From: Thermodesulfobacteriota bacterium
GTDB taxonomy: Bacteria; Desulfobacterota; Desulfarculia; JACQYL01
Length of the DNA stretch: 64,000 nucleotides
Direction: 5' to 3'
Assembly: GCA_963675595.2 (NCBI GenBank)
Contig: CAXXLZ010000002.1
Location: forward strand, 544,001 to 608,000
Below are positions 44,766-55,523 of this stretch, one piece after another (the first letter of the stretch is position 1; every line of letters starts with the position of its first letter). The notes under the pieces were generated by a model. It saw only the letters and a program-made list of their open reading frames with translations. It was not told the DNA's origin and ran no database searches. A program made the position numbers and the translations under genes.

Positions 44766-45794
44766 ATGCTGATACTGGGAATCGAAACATCCTGCGATGA
44801 AACCGCGGCCGCGGTGGTGGAAGCCGGCAAGACCGTCCATTCCAACGTAGTCTCCAGCCAGGACGAGGTACACGCCCGGTATGGAGGCGTGGTGCCCGAG
44901 TTGGCTTCCAGAGTGCACATCCGGATGATTCCGGCGGTAATCGACCAGGCTCTTCAAAAGGCCCACGTCACTTTGGCGGATATCCACGGCGTGGCGGTGA
45001 CCCAGGGACCCGGCTTGGTGGGATCCCTCCTGGTGGGTCTGGGCGCGGCCAAGTCTCTGGCCATGGCCTTCGAGCTGCCGCTGGTGGGCGTCAATCATCT
45101 GGAAGCCCACGTGGCCGCCAACTTCCTGGAACAAGACCCTCCGCCCTTTCCCTTTTCCGCCCTGGTGGTCTCCGGAGGGCATACGAACCTCTTTTACGTG
45201 TCGGACCACCTCACCTACCGCACCCTGGGGCAGACCCGCGACGATGCCGCGGGAGAAGCTTTCGACAAGGTCGCCAAGTTTTTGGGGCTGGGTTATCCGG
45301 GAGGCGTGGTCATCGATCGCATGGCGAAAACGGGCGATCCCGTGTCCGTGGCCTTTCCGAGAGCCATGATGGATGACGATTCCCTGGACTTCAGTTTCAG
45401 CGGACTCAAGACCGCGGTGATCACGCACCTGAAAAAGCATCCCCTGGAAGACCCCGGATTGGAGCAGAAACAGGCCGATCTGGTGGCCGCGTTCCAGGAG
45501 GCCGTGGTGGACGTCCTGGTGTCCAAAGCCCTTCGCGCGGAGGCTCGAAACCGCACCGGGCATCTGGTCCTGGCCGGAGGAGTGGCAGCCAACAGCCGTC
45601 TGCGGGCCCAACTCGCCCGGGCCGCATCCTCCGCGGGCATCACCCTCCACGTCCCCAGGCTCGCCTATTGCACGGACAATGCCGTGGGCGTGGCCTCCCT
45701 GGGCTACCATCAACTTCGGCTGGGTCGAAGGGCCTCGTGGGACCTGGACGCATACTCCCGGCTTCCCCACCGGCTCCCCCCGCGCCACCGCTGA
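44766..45794 (+). CDS. tsaD: tRNA threonylcarbamoyltransferase TsaD
   Basis: LGIETSCDET, GGVVPELASR, NHLEAH, VSGGHT, TRDDAAGEAFDK and CTDNA. Confidence 0.96.
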   Translation: MLILGIETSCDETAAAVVEAGKTVHSNVVSSQDEVHARYGGVVPELASRVHIRMIPAVIDQALQKAHVTLADIHGVAVTQGPGLVGSLLVGLGAAKSLAMAFELPLVGVNHLEAHVAANFLEQDPPPFPFSALVVSGGHTNLFYVSDHLTYRTLGQTRDDAAGEAFDKVAKFLGLGYPGGVVIDRMAKTGDPVSVAFPRAMMDDDSLDFSFSGLKTAVITHLKKHPLEDPGLEQKQADLVAAFQEAVVDVLVSKALRAEARNRTGHLVLAGGVAANSRLRAQLARAASSAGITLHVPRLAYCTDNAVGVASLGYHQLRLGRRASWDLDAYSRLPHRLPPRHR

Positions 45795-45826
45795 CGCCGG
45801 CAAGGAGCCATGACAGGCAAGGAAAG

Positions 45827-46061
45827 GTGAGCATTCAGAGGGGTATCCGAGGGATACCCTTTTTGAAAAAAGGGTTCCCTCGGGCTCCCTCCTAAAAACT
45901 TTAGGTATTTTAGTATGTTGAACGGCACATACTGCTCGTTTTGCGAATTCTCTAGACGATTCGCAAGATCGAAACGGGGGTCCGTTCCTTCCGGGACGAA
46001 GCCGAGCTTGGGAGCCTCTTTGCCGATTCAGCAGATGTAACAAACGTTAGGAATGAGTGAG
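45827..46061 (-). repeat. Intergenic repeat R2 (inverted copy of 2066-2300)
   Basis: Colinear reverse-complement match including the CCGAGGGA..CCTTTTT..AAAAAGGGTTCCCTCGG hairpin. Confidence 0.8.
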
Positions 46062-46113
46062 GACTTTCCCGAAAGTCCTCCCCCGTGAATGATTGCGAAA
46101 CCGGTCCCATAGA

Positions 46114-46262
46114 AGCCCGTTGAAAAAGGCCGGTTGCCGCAGGCTGCTGAAAAACGATGAGATGCAAGGCGCGCAAATCCCGAGGAATGAGACGTACATA
46201 GAGTACGTCGCAGTGACGAGGGATGAAGCGCAACGCCGCAAATCGCGTTTTTCAACAGCCTG
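46114..46262 (-). repeat. MITE-like repeat R1, copy c (inverted)
   Basis: TIR CAGGCTG(C/T)TGAAAAACG; interior nearly identical to 342-465. Confidence 0.85.
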
Positions 46263-46278
46263 ATACAGGTCCTTCAAT

Positions 46279-47103
46279 ATGCATTCCCGCGAACCGTCGT
46301 CTCACCGGCCCAAGAAATACTGGGGGCAACATTTCCTCAGCGATCCGGAACTCATCCGAAAGCTGGTGGACGGGATGGAACTCACTCCCGAGGATCGGGT
46401 CGTGGAGATCGGCCCCGGCCGAGGCGCAATGACCCCGCTGCTTTGCGACCGCGCGGCCCGGGTCATCGCCGTGGAAATCGACCCCGAACTCCACGCCGAA
46501 CTGCTGGAACGGCTGGGCGACACGTCCAATCTCTCCCTCATCCACGGCGACTTCCTGGAAGTGAACCTCCAAGACCTCACCGCCGAGGGCCAACGAATCA
46601 CCGTGGTGGGCAACATTCCCTACAACCTCTCCGGTCCCATTCTGTTCAAGCTGCTGGAATCCGCTTCCTTGTTGGACAAGGCCGTGCTCATGCTCCAGAA
46701 GGAAGTGGCGGATCGCATTCTGGCGCCCCCCGGAAACAAACAGTACGGCGCCTTGACCGTGCTCACCGCCTATTATGCGCACGCAACCCGACTCGCCGTC
46801 ATCCCTCCTGGAGCGTTCTTCCCGCGTCCCAAGGTGTCCTCCGCCACCGTCAGGCTGGACTTTCGAAACCCGCACCCCCGCAAAGCCGAGGATGAAAACC
46901 TTTTCAAAAGGGTGGTCAAATCGGCTTTCAGCAGCCGAAGAAAAATGATCAAGAACGCCATGCTTTCCAGCCCGTTCCTCGATCTCTCGGCAGACCAACT
47001 CACCCAAGTCTTTCACCAGGCATCGGTGGATCCCTCCCTGCGCGCGGAGGTATTGAAACTGGATGCCTTTCTGGATTTGACCGACGCCATTGTCGGCCTC
47101 TAG
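46279..47103 (+). CDS. rsmA: 16S rRNA dimethyltransferase RsmA/KsgA
   Basis: KKYWGQHFL, VEIGPGRG, GNIPYN, MLQKEVADR and FFPRPKVSS. Confidence 0.96.
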   Translation: MHSREPSSHRPKKYWGQHFLSDPELIRKLVDGMELTPEDRVVEIGPGRGAMTPLLCDRAARVIAVEIDPELHAELLERLGDTSNLSLIHGDFLEVNLQDLTAEGQRITVVGNIPYNLSGPILFKLLESASLLDKAVLMLQKEVADRILAPPGNKQYGALTVLTAYYAHATRLAVIPPGAFFPRPKVSSATVRLDFRNPHPRKAEDENLFKRVVKSAFSSRRKMIKNAMLSSPFLDLSADQLTQVFHQASVDPSLRAEVLKLDAFLDLTDAIVGL

Positions 47104-47336
47104 CCGCTGTCTGCTTCCCCAAGCCGTCACCTCAATCCACAACGGCACAGAAAAATATCGGGCTTTCAGTCGGTTGCGGCGATAACTCCAACCAGAGCCC
47201 CCTTTAACCAGCCACCCGTTAAGCCTTGTCGGTATCCCGCTTACCCATTTTTTTTCAAAATATTGACACCCTCTCATCCGTGACTTATCATCAAAAAAAG
47301 GCAAAATGAACCATATCCAAAAGGAGGTATTTAGCT

Positions 47337-47504
47337 ATGGCCGATGCACACAAAGCTGAACAACCGTTTGTCTGGGTTAAGGACAAGAAAGGCAACGAGT
47401 TTATTTGTCCTATCAACGCGCTCAAAGACCCCAAAAAGGCATCCGATGCCGAACTCAAGAATTGCGTAGACGACGCTTCCATGGGAGTGAATATCGGGGA
47501 TTAG
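47337..47504 (+). CDS. Small 55-aa protein, absent from the ORF track
   Basis: RBS AAGGAGG; MADAHKAEQPFVWVKDKKGNEFICPINALKDPKKASDAELKNCVDDASMGVNIGD; downstream hairpin with T-run at ~47553-47591. Confidence 0.75.
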   Translation: MADAHKAEQPFVWVKDKKGNEFICPINALKDPKKASDAELKNCVDDASMGVNIGD

Positions 47505-48061
47505 TATATCCGATAAGACCTATTGTTTCTTTATATTGCAGCATCCTCTCATAGACGTGCCTTTTCGATCTTTTTAAGGCGCGTCTTTTTTATTTGGATG
47601 ATATTAATAAAGGCCGCTCTGAATAAGTAGATATAACTATTATAAAGGCGTCTGACTGCGAACATATGATTTAACATCGTAGGATTTGGGTGATTATTAA
47701 GTACTACGTTTTGGGACTGATATTTTGAGTATGTCCATGCTCCATACCTTTATAATACAATCAAACTAAATCGACATTCCCTTTCAATCTGTTCTCCTCG
47801 TATCGGCAAGCGACTTTCCTCCGGTTGGCTGATCTCAAGTCTCCCGACAATCTCAGTGATGGTCATGCCAAGCTTTCAATGCATCCGATCACATAATAAG
47901 ATGAACATTTGGAGGAGCATCATAGGGAACCCTCCCAAGAGCATTTGGTATTTTGTTACGTTGGACGGTACATGCTGCTCGTTTCGCGAATTCCCTAAAC
48001 GATTGTCAAGAACGAAACGGAGCGTCGTCCCTTCCGGGAGGACGCCGAGCTTTTGGTTTCG

Positions 48062-48465
48062 CTAACCTAAAACTGACCCACGCATGGAGGGAACGCTAAC
48101 GAAAAATTGACCCACCTGTGATCAGGCCCTGATAAGTGTGATGAAAGAAGCAAAGACCGCTTGTCGGGGGTGAGGAGATGCTGACGGTGGATCAATACGG
48201 CTACGTTAGGACGGCACATCGGGTGTACGGCAAGGGGATCAGGGAGATCGCCCGAGAGACGGGGCACTCCAGGAACACGATCAAGAGGGCATTGCGGGAG
48301 GAGCACGGCGGTTACGGCGAGAGGCGGCATCAGCCCTATCCTTCCCTGGGGCCGTTTCTCAAAACGATCGACGGTTGGCTGACCGAGGACCGGGATCGGC
48401 CTCGGAAGCAGCGGCATACGGCGGCGCGGATTTACCACCGGTTGAGGAAGGAGCAAGGATTCAAG
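48062..48465 (+). mobile_element. IS21-family remnant (left end and truncated istA)
   Basis: Repeated AAA(C/T)TGACCCAC end motifs; MLTVDQY...GIREIARETGHSRNTIKRAL...RPRKQRHTAARIYHRL; truncated at the 200-bp repeat. Confidence 0.85.
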
Positions 48466-48653
48466 GAACCCGACCAAGACGATCCGTCGGCCGCCTGATA
48501 CGTGCGGGGTGTCATGTGTCGTCTTCGATCCGGAACCGGCGTGTCAACACGGAAGAGGAATACGTTTGAAGCGGGTCTTAGACGGGACATCTCTTCTATT
48601 TCACCCACTCCAAATGGCCTGCCGGCGCTTGTCACGTTAGTCAACAACGTCCC
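48454..48653 (+). repeat. 200-bp repeat, copy A, ending TTGTCACGTTAGTCAACAACGTCCC
   Basis: About 80% identical by eye to 51429-51628; end motif also at 51283-51311. Confidence 0.85.
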
Positions 48654-48759
48654 CTATCATATCTCTTTGCGTGCGAGTACAGTGGCGGTTTGGGAGAGAA
48701 AATCGGGGCGCAATTTAAGCCACAAACGATGTGATAGAGCATGGGGAAGCCAACTAATT

Positions 48760-50635
48760 GATGAGTTCGTAAAAACCTCTCCGTAAAGGTATCTAGTTGA
48801 AAATATGAATAAAAATGGCATTTATGGGTTGACCTTTCTTTTGGGTCCTGTATGATAAGTATCTGACTTGATTAATAATATGGTCCTTAGGGGGGTTGTT
48901 TTGTTTCGGCCTAAGAGAACGCAAAAGACCATTTTCGACCACGATATTTGCCTTCCCGCAGACAGGATCGAGGCGTTGGAGAAGACGTGGGCCGGTCCGT
49001 TCCGGCGCCTGGTGCTTCCCATGATCGATGAGGAGTCTTTCCGGCCTTTCTACTGTGAGGACAACGGCAGGCCCAACAGACCCGTGGCCATCCTTGTCGG
49101 AGCGTGTGTTTTGAAGGAAATGAACAGCCTGACCGATGCGGAAGTCTTGGGCGCTCTGGACTTCGATCTGCGTTGGCAATATGCCTTCAACATCAACGCC
49201 TTTGAATCTCACGTCTGCCAGAAGACCCTGCACAATTTCCGGACCTTGATTACCGACAACAAGCAAGCGCGGAGCCTCTTTACCGGAATCACGGACGCCA
49301 TCATCGAGACGGCGGCCCTTAGCACGGACAAACAGCGGTTGGACTCCACACAGATCACTTCCAACATGGCTCATCTGAGCCGTCTGGGGCTCTTTACGCG
49401 CACCATCGAGGCGTTCTTGAAACGGCTCCATAAGAAACATCCCAAGTTGTATGAGAAACTGCCCCGACTTTACGACAAGGCCTACTTGAAGCGCGCAGGC
49501 TATTTTGCCGATGCAAAATCATCGCGGGCCAAGCGTCGTCTGGACAAGTCCGCCCGCCATCTCGCCGACCTGGTGGACCGCTTCCGAGGTCATCCGGAAA
49601 TCAGCCGAATGAAAGAATACCGGCTGATGGCCCGACTACTGTCGGAGCAATGCCGTTTCACCGAGGGAGATCCCGACAAAACAGAACTCGAGAAGCCCAA
49701 GGAAATCCCTGCGGACTCCCTGCAGAATCCTTCGGATCCCGACGCCACCTATGGGCGCAAGGGCAAAGGATATAAGGCTTCCCTCACGGAGACCTGCGTG
49801 AAGGAAAATCCCTTCCAGGTGATCACCGATGTGGACGTGGCCCCTTCCTATGACAGCGACCAGAAAGACGTGATGCCCGTTATCGAACGCCTGGAGGAAA
49901 CGGGCCGCAAACCCGAAGAGTTGTTCGCCGACGCAGGCTACGGCAGCGGCGAGAACATCCTTCAAGCTCACGAGCACGGAGTCGAGCTTACCGCTCCGGT
50001 GACTTGCGGAAAAGCGCCGGATCTCAATAAGATGCAGTTGAGTGACTTTGAAACGAACGAGGACTGCACCCAGGTCGTTTACTGTATCCGGGGGCACGCG
50101 CCACTTGAATGCAAGATCGTTGACCGCGGCAAAGCGGTGGAAGCCGTGTTTTCCCGCGAGCACTGTCTCCTATGCGAATTTCTCCCCATCTGTCCGGTAA
50201 AACGGATCAAGGGCGGAAATTATCGACTGAAGTACAAGCGCAAGGACATGGCGACCTCCAAGCGCAGACTACAGCAGGAAAGCCATGATTTCAAAGAACG
50301 CTACAAAATCCGGTCCGGCATCGAGGCCACCATCTCCGAAGCGGATCGGGTCACGGGATTGAAACGATCGTGGACCCGAGGCAAAAAACGGGTCACCTTA
50401 TCTGTTTTCATGAAGGCCCTGGCCATCAACATCAAGAGGTTCGTCCAGAGCCGCCTTGATAAGGCCAAGAAGGCCCTTTCCAACTCGATAGAGGGAGGCA
50501 GCAACGATAATTTCCGTCGTCTTTGTAGCCTATGTCACGATGACAGTAACCTTGGCAGTGTTGCAATGGCCGCTTGAACTTCCAATGCTCCAAAAAACAG
50601 CCCTGTTCGTAAAGGGGGGTTCTTACGACGGCATC
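48760..50635 (+). mobile_element. IS1182/IS5-like insertion sequence (1876 bp)
   Basis: Imperfect TIR GATGAGTTCGTAAAAACC / GGTTCTTACGACGGCATC; 8-bp TSD AACTAATT at 48752-48759 and 50636-50643. Confidence 0.9.
48901..50577 (+). CDS. DDE transposase (IS1182/IS5-like)
   Basis: DNGRPN, RLDST, LQNPSDPDATY, ADAGYG and YKIRSGIEATISE; start inferred at TTG 48901. Confidence 0.88.
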   Translation: MFRPKRTQKTIFDHDICLPADRIEALEKTWAGPFRRLVLPMIDEESFRPFYCEDNGRPNRPVAILVGACVLKEMNSLTDAEVLGALDFDLRWQYAFNINAFESHVCQKTLHNFRTLITDNKQARSLFTGITDAIIETAALSTDKQRLDSTQITSNMAHLSRLGLFTRTIEAFLKRLHKKHPKLYEKLPRLYDKAYLKRAGYFADAKSSRAKRRLDKSARHLADLVDRFRGHPEISRMKEYRLMARLLSEQCRFTEGDPDKTELEKPKEIPADSLQNPSDPDATYGRKGKGYKASLTETCVKENPFQVITDVDVAPSYDSDQKDVMPVIERLEETGRKPEELFADAGYGSGENILQAHEHGVELTAPVTCGKAPDLNKMQLSDFETNEDCTQVVYCIRGHAPLECKIVDRGKAVEAVFSREHCLLCEFLPICPVKRIKGGNYRLKYKRKDMATSKRRLQQESHDFKERYKIRSGIEATISEADRVTGLKRSWTRGKKRVTLSVFMKALAINIKRFVQSRLDKAKKALSNSIEGGSNDNFRRLCSLCHDDSNLGSVAMAA

Positions 50636-51428
50636 AACTAATTCGGCGTGGATGGTTGTAGTTCATGTTCAAGTCGGTGAATCCCGCCCCCATAATTAGG
50701 CTTGCGAGTTCTTTTGGTGTCAGGAGGTTGACGTGGTGGACGTTAGTGCGTGCGGGTGGATAGAAACGACAGGGGGATTGGATCAGTAACTCGCCACCTC
50801 TTCTGAGTATCCTGAATGCTTCGTTTATCATGAGTAGTTGTGCAGACTTTGATAGGTGCTCGATAACTTGGTTGGAAAAAACGGCATCGTAGGATTCGTT
50901 CCGCAAAAAGGTCAGTGGGTGGCTCAGGTCGTGTTGGTGTACCCGAAAGCCTTTGGCGCGGCATAGGGTTACTCCCCCTGGATCAATCTCACACCCGGAG
51001 GCGCTACGGTCGTTGTGGACGCACGCTTCTAGGAATAGTCCAATTCCGCATCCCATTTCAAAAATATCTTTGGGAGTTGTCTTGAAACGTTTAAGATAAA
51101 CCTGATAATGCTGCCATGAGCGTTTCATCTGGGCGGTGTAATCGTAAGCACATGGTGATGTTTTTCCTGTCTGAGCGCACATTACTAAGACCAACCTTTA
51201 AATTTAACAGCCCGTTGAAGAAAGGATGTTACCGCCCACGAAGAGTAAGGATCGGAATCATTTGTTCGAATCGTCCAAACACCTACCAGCGTTTGTCACG
51301 TTAGTCAATAACCTACCCTCGCCCCACCCGACGCACTGGAACAAGCCATGAACGAGAAGGAAGAATTCGCCCACACCATTCAGAAGACGTCCGCCCGGGC
51401 ATCCTGATTGGCGGCGTTCAGGAAACAC

Positions 51429-51628
51429 CAAGGATTCACGGAAGCCGACCCAGACGATCCGTAGGCCGCGTGAGAGGCGCAGGAATGTCATGTGTCGTCT
51501 TTGGTTCGCAACGGGCGTGTTGAAACGGAGGTGGAATACGTTTGAAGCGGATATCAGCCGGGACATCTCTTCGATCTCACACACTGCGCGTACCTACCGG
51601 CGTTTGTCACGTTAGTCAACAACGTCCC
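51429..51628 (+). repeat. 200-bp repeat, copy B
   Basis: Direct repeat of 48454-48653 with identical last 25 bp. Confidence 0.85.
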
Positions 51629-52333
51629 GTAATCCCAATAGACGCGTTCCTCCCGTGAGGGATTGCGGCACTGTGGTCCGCCCCCACAGGGATGCAGTAG
51701 TTCGAATTGGGTGTGATTCCACGAGAGGCGTGTGGGGGGGACGACGTCCCCCTGCGGCACACCTCGTGACCCGACTTCTTCCTCCGCCTGTCCGCTCAAG
51801 ACGGTGAAGCCTGCTCGGGGTATGGGCCGATCCACGGGGATTTCGCGGCGCCTTCGACTTTCCATCCGAGCACCTGCCAAATACGACATACTAAATATCG
51901 CCGCATAAACGGTAAACAGTGACGAAAAAAGCTTTTCGTATACCGAGGTCCGCACTGAAAACCCCTTTCCCGAGCTGAATGATCTCCGGAGAACCTTCGG
52001 CATTTACGAAATGAATCGAATGAATGAGTATTTGATGTGCCTCTTTTGTAGGAACCGCTTCAAAAGTTTTACGGACTTCGTCATAACGGTTCTGGACACC
52101 AGCACCCTATTAGTATTACAATACCGCTCGATAATCGCTTGGGCCCGACGACCGTGATCTCGAGGATCGAACCTCGACCCTTCGTCGGCGATGCGGCGCT
52201 TCGGCATACGATCGGCATTCTCCGCCATGGCGTTTTCTTTTTTTGCGTGGCATAATGAGCGACCGATGTTGTGTATTAAATCGTAGGAACAGGGATTCCC
52301 TTTGCTCTTCTCGACTCGCACTCCGAGAGATAC

Positions 52334-55174
52334 ATGAAAGATCGTCCTTTCAAAACCGTACCTGTAGATGATGAGCTTCTTGTTCTTCGGCATAAGGCGG
52401 CCGAACTGGAACATCGAATCACCGAACTGCGGCGGGTGACCGATGGGCTGCGCGACAAGGAAGCTTTGTGGCGACGAATCGTGGACGCCATTCCCTATCC
52501 GGTTTTCGTGAAGGACGAGGAGGGCCGTTTCCTCGCCGCGAATCGGGCTCTGGCGGAAGTGTTCGGCAAGGAGCCTTTAGAGCTGCTTGGGAAAGAGGCG
52601 ACCCGGTTTCATCTTGATCAAGAGAATCACGCGAAGCTGGTCAAACAGAACAAGGAAGTGCTGGAATCCGGCCGTACCTGCTCCATCCCCGACCTGATTT
52701 TCCCTGACCACCTCGGTCGTGAACGTGTCTACCAAACGACCAAAATGCCCCTGCGTTGGCCCGATCCTCCTCATTCCGCCGTGTTGGGCGTGGCCGTGGA
52801 CGTTACTGAAAAGCGGGAGGCGGACAAGGCCCTTCGGCGCGGCAAAATGCTGCTGTCGACCGGTGAGCGGCTCGCTCATTTGGGGGCCTGGGAATGGGAC
52901 ATCGAAGAGGACCGCTTCAGTCTTTCCGAAGGATGGCTTCGAATTCACGGTTGCACCACGCCGCCGGTAAACAGGTCCGAGTTGCACGGTTTCGCCCATC
53001 CCGACGACCTTGACGCGGTGATTCTCGCCCAGGAAGAGGCCATACGGGCCAAACGGACCTATGATTTCGAGAACCGCATCATCAGGCAGAACGACGGCGA
53101 GACGCGTTACGTGAGGGCCGTGGGAGAGATCGTCCAAAACGAGTCGGGCGTCCCGGTTCGCATGATCGGGGTCGTTCAAGACATCACGGACCGGAAACGC
53201 GCGGAAGACGCCTTGAGGAAAAGCGAGGCACGTTACCGCCACTTGGTGGAACACGCCCCGGCGGGCATTTTTGAAGTGGATTTCCTCGAAAATAAATTCA
53301 TCACCGTTAACGACGTGATGTGTCGCTCCACGGGCTATTCGAGGGAAGAACTTCTCGCCATGGATCCCATGAATATTCTGTCCGAGGAAAGCAAATTCCT
53401 GTTGCTTCAAAGGCTCAAGGCCCTGTTCGACGGGCGTGAAGCAGAAGAGCATCAGGAGTTCCAGATACGGACCAAAGACGGGAAAAGGGTGTGGATCGGG
53501 CTGAATGCTCAGTATGTTTATGAGGGCGGCGTGGTTCGAGGCGCCACCGTGGTGGCCCACAGTCTGGATGAGCGCAAACGGGCCGAAGAAGCGCTTCGCA
53601 TAAGCGAACAACGATACCGCCGATTGGTGGAAAAGTCCCCGGATATCATCTTCCGCTTCTCGAATCGTCGAGGCGGATTGTACTGGTCGGCACGCGTGGA
53701 GGAGATTCTGGGATATCCTCCCGATTATGTGCGTCTTCACCCTTGGGCCTGGTACCGATCGATTCATCAGGACGATCGGCCGCGTGTGGACAAAGCCGTG
53801 GCGGAAGGTCCGGAAGGGACGGATTCCGGGGTCGAGTACCGTGTCCGGGACGTCCAAGGCCGGTGGCACTGGTTTCGGGAGCGGTTTATTTCGCGGGAAA
53901 TTCTGGACGGCGAAATCATCGTCGAGGGGCTGGCCACGGACATCACGGACCGCAAGGAGGCGGAAGAAGAGCGAGTGGCCATGGATCGCCGGCTCTACCA
54001 CGCTCAAAAACTTGAAAGCCTGGGGTTGCTGGCGGGGGGCATCGCCCACGATTTCAACAACCTGCTCATGGCCGTCCTGGGCAACCTGGACGTCGCGGCG
54101 ATGGAATGTTCCGAATCCGCCCGCGCCCACATTGAAAAAGCGGCGCTGGCCGCGCGAAGAGCCGCCGATCTCACGCGACAAATGCTGGCCTATTCCGGAC
54201 AAGGCCGATTCTTCATGAGGGAGTTGGATTTCAACAACTTGGTGTCCGAGACCGTAACCCTGCTGAGGGCCGGTCTTCCCAAGAAGGTCAAACTCCGCAT
54301 GAAACTCGGTAGGCGTCTGCATCCTTTCCCGGCGGACGAAGGCCAGGTTCGACAGGTGGTGATGAATCTGGTGACCAACGCGGCCGAAGCCGCCGGAGAA
54401 CGGGGCGGCGTGGTCACGCTCACCACGGACGAGGCGGATTGCGACGCTGCCTACCTGAGCCGCACGAGAACCGACGAGACGCCCCAACCGGGCCGTTTCC
54501 TCCGGCTGGAGGTACGCGACGAGGGCTCCGGTATGAACGCACATACGCTGGAACGATTGTTTGACCCGTTCTTCACCACCAAGTTCATGGGGCGTGGCCT
54601 CGGCATGGCCGCCGTTTTGGGGATCATCAAGGGACACGGAGGAGCCGTAATGGTGGAGAGCGAAGAGGGCAAAGGCACCTCCGTTCGCGTGCTCTTTCCG
54701 CTGAACGCGGAAGTGTCCGAAACCGCCGGGACTGCACTATCCCCCTCTCCTCTCACGGACAATCCTGATTATCCGGACGGTTCCGGCACCCTCCTCGTGG
54801 TGGACGATGAAGAGATGGTCCTGGATATTTGCTCGGCCATGGTCAAGCGGGCCGGTTTCCAAGTGTTCACCGCCTCCGACGGCGAAGAAGCCTTACAGGT
54901 CTTCTCTCAACACGGGGACGAAATCGACGGCGTCATATTGGACCTGTACATGCCCCGCATGGACGGGGTCGCCACGTTTGAAGAGCTTCGCCGCTTGAGG
55001 CCGGATATGAAGATTATTCTGTCCAGCGGCTATGGAGAAGAGGAGGCCACTCGGCGGTTCAGCGGACGAGGGCTCTCCGGCTTCCTCCAAAAACCTTACG
55101 AACTCAGAAAGCTGTACGCCGAATTGGAACGAGTGTTCGGCCCGGCGGCGAGCCGCCCCGAAGCAACCCCATGA
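52334..55174 (+). CDS. Multi-PAS hybrid sensor histidine kinase/response regulator
   Basis: Four PAS/PAC repeats; QKLESLGLLAGGIAHDFNNLL; FFTTKFMGRGLG; receiver VVDDE...LDLYMP. Confidence 0.93.
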   Translation: MKDRPFKTVPVDDELLVLRHKAAELEHRITELRRVTDGLRDKEALWRRIVDAIPYPVFVKDEEGRFLAANRALAEVFGKEPLELLGKEATRFHLDQENHAKLVKQNKEVLESGRTCSIPDLIFPDHLGRERVYQTTKMPLRWPDPPHSAVLGVAVDVTEKREADKALRRGKMLLSTGERLAHLGAWEWDIEEDRFSLSEGWLRIHGCTTPPVNRSELHGFAHPDDLDAVILAQEEAIRAKRTYDFENRIIRQNDGETRYVRAVGEIVQNESGVPVRMIGVVQDITDRKRAEDALRKSEARYRHLVEHAPAGIFEVDFLENKFITVNDVMCRSTGYSREELLAMDPMNILSEESKFLLLQRLKALFDGREAEEHQEFQIRTKDGKRVWIGLNAQYVYEGGVVRGATVVAHSLDERKRAEEALRISEQRYRRLVEKSPDIIFRFSNRRGGLYWSARVEEILGYPPDYVRLHPWAWYRSIHQDDRPRVDKAVAEGPEGTDSGVEYRVRDVQGRWHWFRERFISREILDGEIIVEGLATDITDRKEAEEERVAMDRRLYHAQKLESLGLLAGGIAHDFNNLLMAVLGNLDVAAMECSESARAHIEKAALAARRAADLTRQMLAYSGQGRFFMRELDFNNLVSETVTLLRAGLPKKVKLRMKLGRRLHPFPADEGQVRQVVMNLVTNAAEAAGERGGVVTLTTDEADCDAAYLSRTRTDETPQPGRFLRLEVRDEGSGMNAHTLERLFDPFFTTKFMGRGLGMAAVLGIIKGHGGAVMVESEEGKGTSVRVLFPLNAEVSETAGTALSPSPLTDNPDYPDGSGTLLVVDDEEMVLDICSAMVKRAGFQVFTASDGEEALQVFSQHGDEIDGVILDLYMPRMDGVATFEELRRLRPDMKIILSSGYGEEEATRRFSGRGLSGFLQKPYELRKLYAELERVFGPAASRPEATP

Positions 55175-55523
55175 TTTTCCCGCAGGCTCCCCGAGGGGCC
55201 CCCCAAGCTGTTCCGCGCCCGGCCGCACAGGAACTCCCCGGCACACGGGTCCGTGAAGCCGTATTTCCATGTCTTTGAGAGTATGAGTTCATGATACGCG
55301 TTCAGAGGCTATTCGGGAAAACCTTTTGGAAAAGGTTTTCCCGAACCCTTTCCAAAACTTGTTGAACGGGTTGCTCGCTGCGCGTCACAACCGAGTTAGG
55401 GGCTCTCTCTAAGCAAATTTCCAGGCTCGCAACCATCGGATTTTTCGACGAAAGCGTTGCACTATGTAAATGCCCTGAAAGGCTTCATCCCGATAGAGAC
55501 GGAGCACGCAAGGGGGTCCGGGG

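Larger units (their letters stand above)
48657..51194 (-). pseudogene. Class I SAM-dependent methyltransferase interrupted by an IS at 48760-50635
   Basis: EMGCGIG, DAVFSNQVIEHL and RILRRGG motifs; removing the IS restores ...NHPRRISWLPHALSHRLWLKLRPDFLSQTATVLARKEI-stop; 5' end uncertain. Confidence 0.85.

Noticed and set aside
47105-47290. Possible riboswitch or ncRNA downstream of rsmA
   Set aside because: No recognisable consensus by eye; an Rfam scan would be needed.
48454-51628. Repeats as classical integron attC sites
   Set aside because: GACTAAC/GTTAGTC only approximates RYYYAAC/GTTRRRY, no paired partner box or long hairpin was found, and there is no integrase in the window.
51554-52414. 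ORFs 51554-52003 and 52004-52414 as genes
   Set aside because: They overlap repeats or the kinase start and lack RBS or motifs.
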